From Candidatus Thorarchaeota archaeon (GTDB lineage: Archaea; Asgardarchaeota; Thorarchaeia; Thorarchaeales; Thorarchaeaceae), in assembly GCA_046482545.1 (NCBI GenBank), contig JAWOEX010000005.1, positions 1 through 17,926 on the forward strand: a stretch of DNA of 17,926 nucleotides, given 5' to 3'. Each line of letters starts with the position of its first letter. Within the stretch, counting starts at the first letter, position 1. The notes below the pieces were generated by a model. The model ran no database searches and was not told the origin of the DNA. It worked only from the letters and a program-made list of their open reading frames with translations. Shown one piece after another: positions 15,899 to 17,926 of the stretch. The translations under genes and the position numbers were made by a program.

Positions 15899-16606
15899 TT
15901 AGCTTACTCCCGTCCTTGTATCCTGAGCTGGTCTCGGTTGTGTAATGGGTCTGTAGAACACTGGCATGAGACCGACGTAACTTATCAGGCTGATTGTCGA
16001 TGCCAGGGGAATCCAGTCCACACCGCCGAGTCCCGGAAGCAAAGCTGTGCTACCGGCAACAGCTATGGCCAGGGAAGCAAGACCACCAATGAGAGTTATG
16101 ATGTAACCTGCAAGGGTAATTCTGTCGGATTCTCTGCCAACAACGCCCGCCAGTCCTGCAAGAAACAGGAATAAGATAGTGAGAAAACACCTCAGGTTCC
16201 AGAGTAACTCCATAGTCCCAAATTCCTCAAGGGAAAGTTGAAGTGATTGAGAGCGGGCAGTCTCTTGAAAGGCACCGCCATAGGAAATAACCCAAACGAT
16301 GGTCAGGACAGTTACGGCGAGACACAAAAGAGCCGTTAGTAGGAGAAATAATTTGCGTATTATCTTCCTATACAAAGGAATAGAAGCTAGCAAACCAGTT
16401 ACCAATGGGAGTAATGCCAGCAAAGCGTAATAACCATTCAAACTAATACCCCCAAGGGCCCAGTAATCCATCCCAAGACCCACGTATTCGAAGGTTTTCC
16501 CATATACTAGTGCCAGAACAATTGGATATCCTGCGAAAATGCCTAATAGAGAACCCAAGATTCCTATCTTCCGAGCGTTATCCAACATTTCATAATCCAC
16601 TGCCAA
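15899..16606 (-). CDS. Hypothetical membrane protein (about 6 TM)
   Basis: 235-codon ORF with six hydrophobic segments; TTG start preceded by GGGAGGT. Confidence 0.8.
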   Translation of the reverse strand: MAVDYEMLDNARKIGILGSLLGIFAGYPIVLALVYGKTFEYVGLGMDYWALGGISLNGYYALLALLPLVTGLLASIPLYRKIIRKLFLLLTALLCLAVTVLTIVWVISYGGAFQETARSQSLQLSLEEFGTMELLWNLRCFLTILFLFLAGLAGVVGRESDRITLAGYIITLIGGLASLAIAVAGSTALLPGLGGVDWIPLASTISLISYVGLMPVFYRPITQPRPAQDTRTGVS

Positions 16607-16955
16607 CTACCTCCCAGAACCACACCGATAGCATCATTATTTATTCTGTACATCAATTTCGCCTCAGTCGATTTGATTCTGTACTGCCCTCTGAGCGCAT
16701 CTTCCCAGTGTAAAAGAGGAGACCTAACTATTTGACTCCCATTCCTACTATCCCGCCATAAGAAAGAGCGGAACTATTTGAGACTTACTCTCAGAATCGA
16801 TCCACGAATAGGAATAACTGGGGAAGCAGAACAAGGCCGTCTGCAAAAATCAGCAAAACGGAACATCAGCTCTTCTCACAAAAACAACTCTACTGAAATA
16901 AAATAGATGCTGAGGATGGAGGTACTGCTTCTTGAGGTCTCACACCAAATATTGT

Positions 16956-17515
16956 CTATTCATCTCTTGTTGCTTGACTGGTTGCTACAAGCGCAATAGA
17001 TGATAAAATTCCAGCAACCAGACATATGAGTGGACCAAGACCAATTGTGATGGTGGCATGCCTTTCATAGAGTATTGCAGTGTTTATTATGAGATTGTCT
17101 ATCTGACCGATGATAGTGAATAATTGAGGGTCATAAAAGACTGTAGCCAAGATATATCCAATAACAGCAAGAGCACAGCTAATGCTGGCCGTCAAGATAG
17201 GTATCAGGGAATTCTCTACTTTTTTAATGCGCCATGCCATTAGTAGGTTCATTAACCCCCAACCAGTGGAAGCAATCCAAACCAGAAATCGCTTGATTCA
17301 GTAGAAAATCCAGTCTCGCTGGACCAGACTGTAACTTGAGCTCCCGTCGAATCAAGGGTACCATGCCCAAAGCCGGACACAAACCCTGATACTTGGTGTG
17401 TTCCAATTAACACATCATGGATGTTACCATCGAATACCAACCACGGAGCAGAAACCCCCGCAAACATCAGGAGTGAGCTTAGAATGCATGCTAGCTGAAA
17501 TGACCGTACCTTCAA
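16956..17515 (-). pseudogene. Four-TM membrane protein split by a frameshift in a G5 run
   Basis: The 87-aa and 98-aa ORFs join mid-helix (FWFGLLPLVGG / LMNLLMAWR) if one G is added to the run at 17256-17260. Confidence 0.7.
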
Positions 17516-17711
17516 TATCCTTCACCCTTTGCCTTGAGAAACTATTGACTGCCATTTCTATTAAGCATATACACAAAGCTTCAATAGTTTTGGCGCTATA
17601 AAGATATGGAGTTTAGTAATGTTGAGAGAAAGCAGTAAATATGCTGCATTTCTATTCCTGTCATTAATATTGATTTCATTTAATACAGGATATGCGGCAG
17701 CCGACTTTACA

Positions 17712-17926
17712 TCAACGAAAGTTGGTCAATCGAGAAAGATCCACCACGAGTGTGTCCTCACTGCTTGATATTGTCCTGTTGATCCAGAAGTCCTGTGATA
17801 GCTCCTTAGAGGTCTTCACCTTGATTGATGCATAGACCTTGTTGTACCCTGCAAGAGCATTCTCCCAGTCAAGGTCGATGGTAACGGTCTTGCCCCGGAT
17901 AACTTGGTGTCGCCTGACAGAGCCTG
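17712..17926 (-). CDS. 3' end of a hypothetical protein running off the window edge
   Basis: Open frame from 17924 to TGA at 17714-17712: GSVRRHQVIRGKTVTIDLDWENALAGYNKVYASIKVKTSKELSQDFWINRTISSSEDTLVVDLSRLTNFR*. Confidence 0.6.
   Translation of the reverse strand, partial: GSVRRHQVIRGKTVTIDLDWENALAGYNKVYASIKVKTSKELSQDFWINRTISSSEDTLVVDLSRLTNFR

Noticed and set aside
16726-16781. 10-nt direct repeat AACTATTTGA at 16726 and 16772
   Set aside because: Only two short copies; could be an operator but is not distinguishable from chance.

Overview
Archaeal DNA: it carries TBP and RadA homologues, GGAGG/GAGGTGA ribosome-binding sites and TATA-like promoters. The gene content is reminiscent of Asgard/Thorarchaeia, but that is only an impression. 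The left part holds ordinary membrane and metabolic genes (5'-truncated EEP phosphoesterase, SPFH/stomatin-NfeD pair, AEC-family permease, SLC13/TrkA-C permease), then a patchwork of gene remnants (6378-7439) and an AT-rich membrane-protein gene. The main observation is a tightly coupled six-gene minus-strand operon (13172->8589): GH3-family acyl-adenylate ligase, Cys-less DUF2695-like protein, divergent asymmetric TBP paralogue, alpha-helical repeat protein, small unknown protein, and divergent RadA paralogue. Just upstream of it is one copy of a ~170-bp conserved intergenic element. A second diverged copy lies 2206 bp downstream with block spacing preserved. The right part has membrane-protein genes and decayed or frameshifted genes (TPR, 4-TM protein). 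All calls come from reading motifs by eye; no searches were run.
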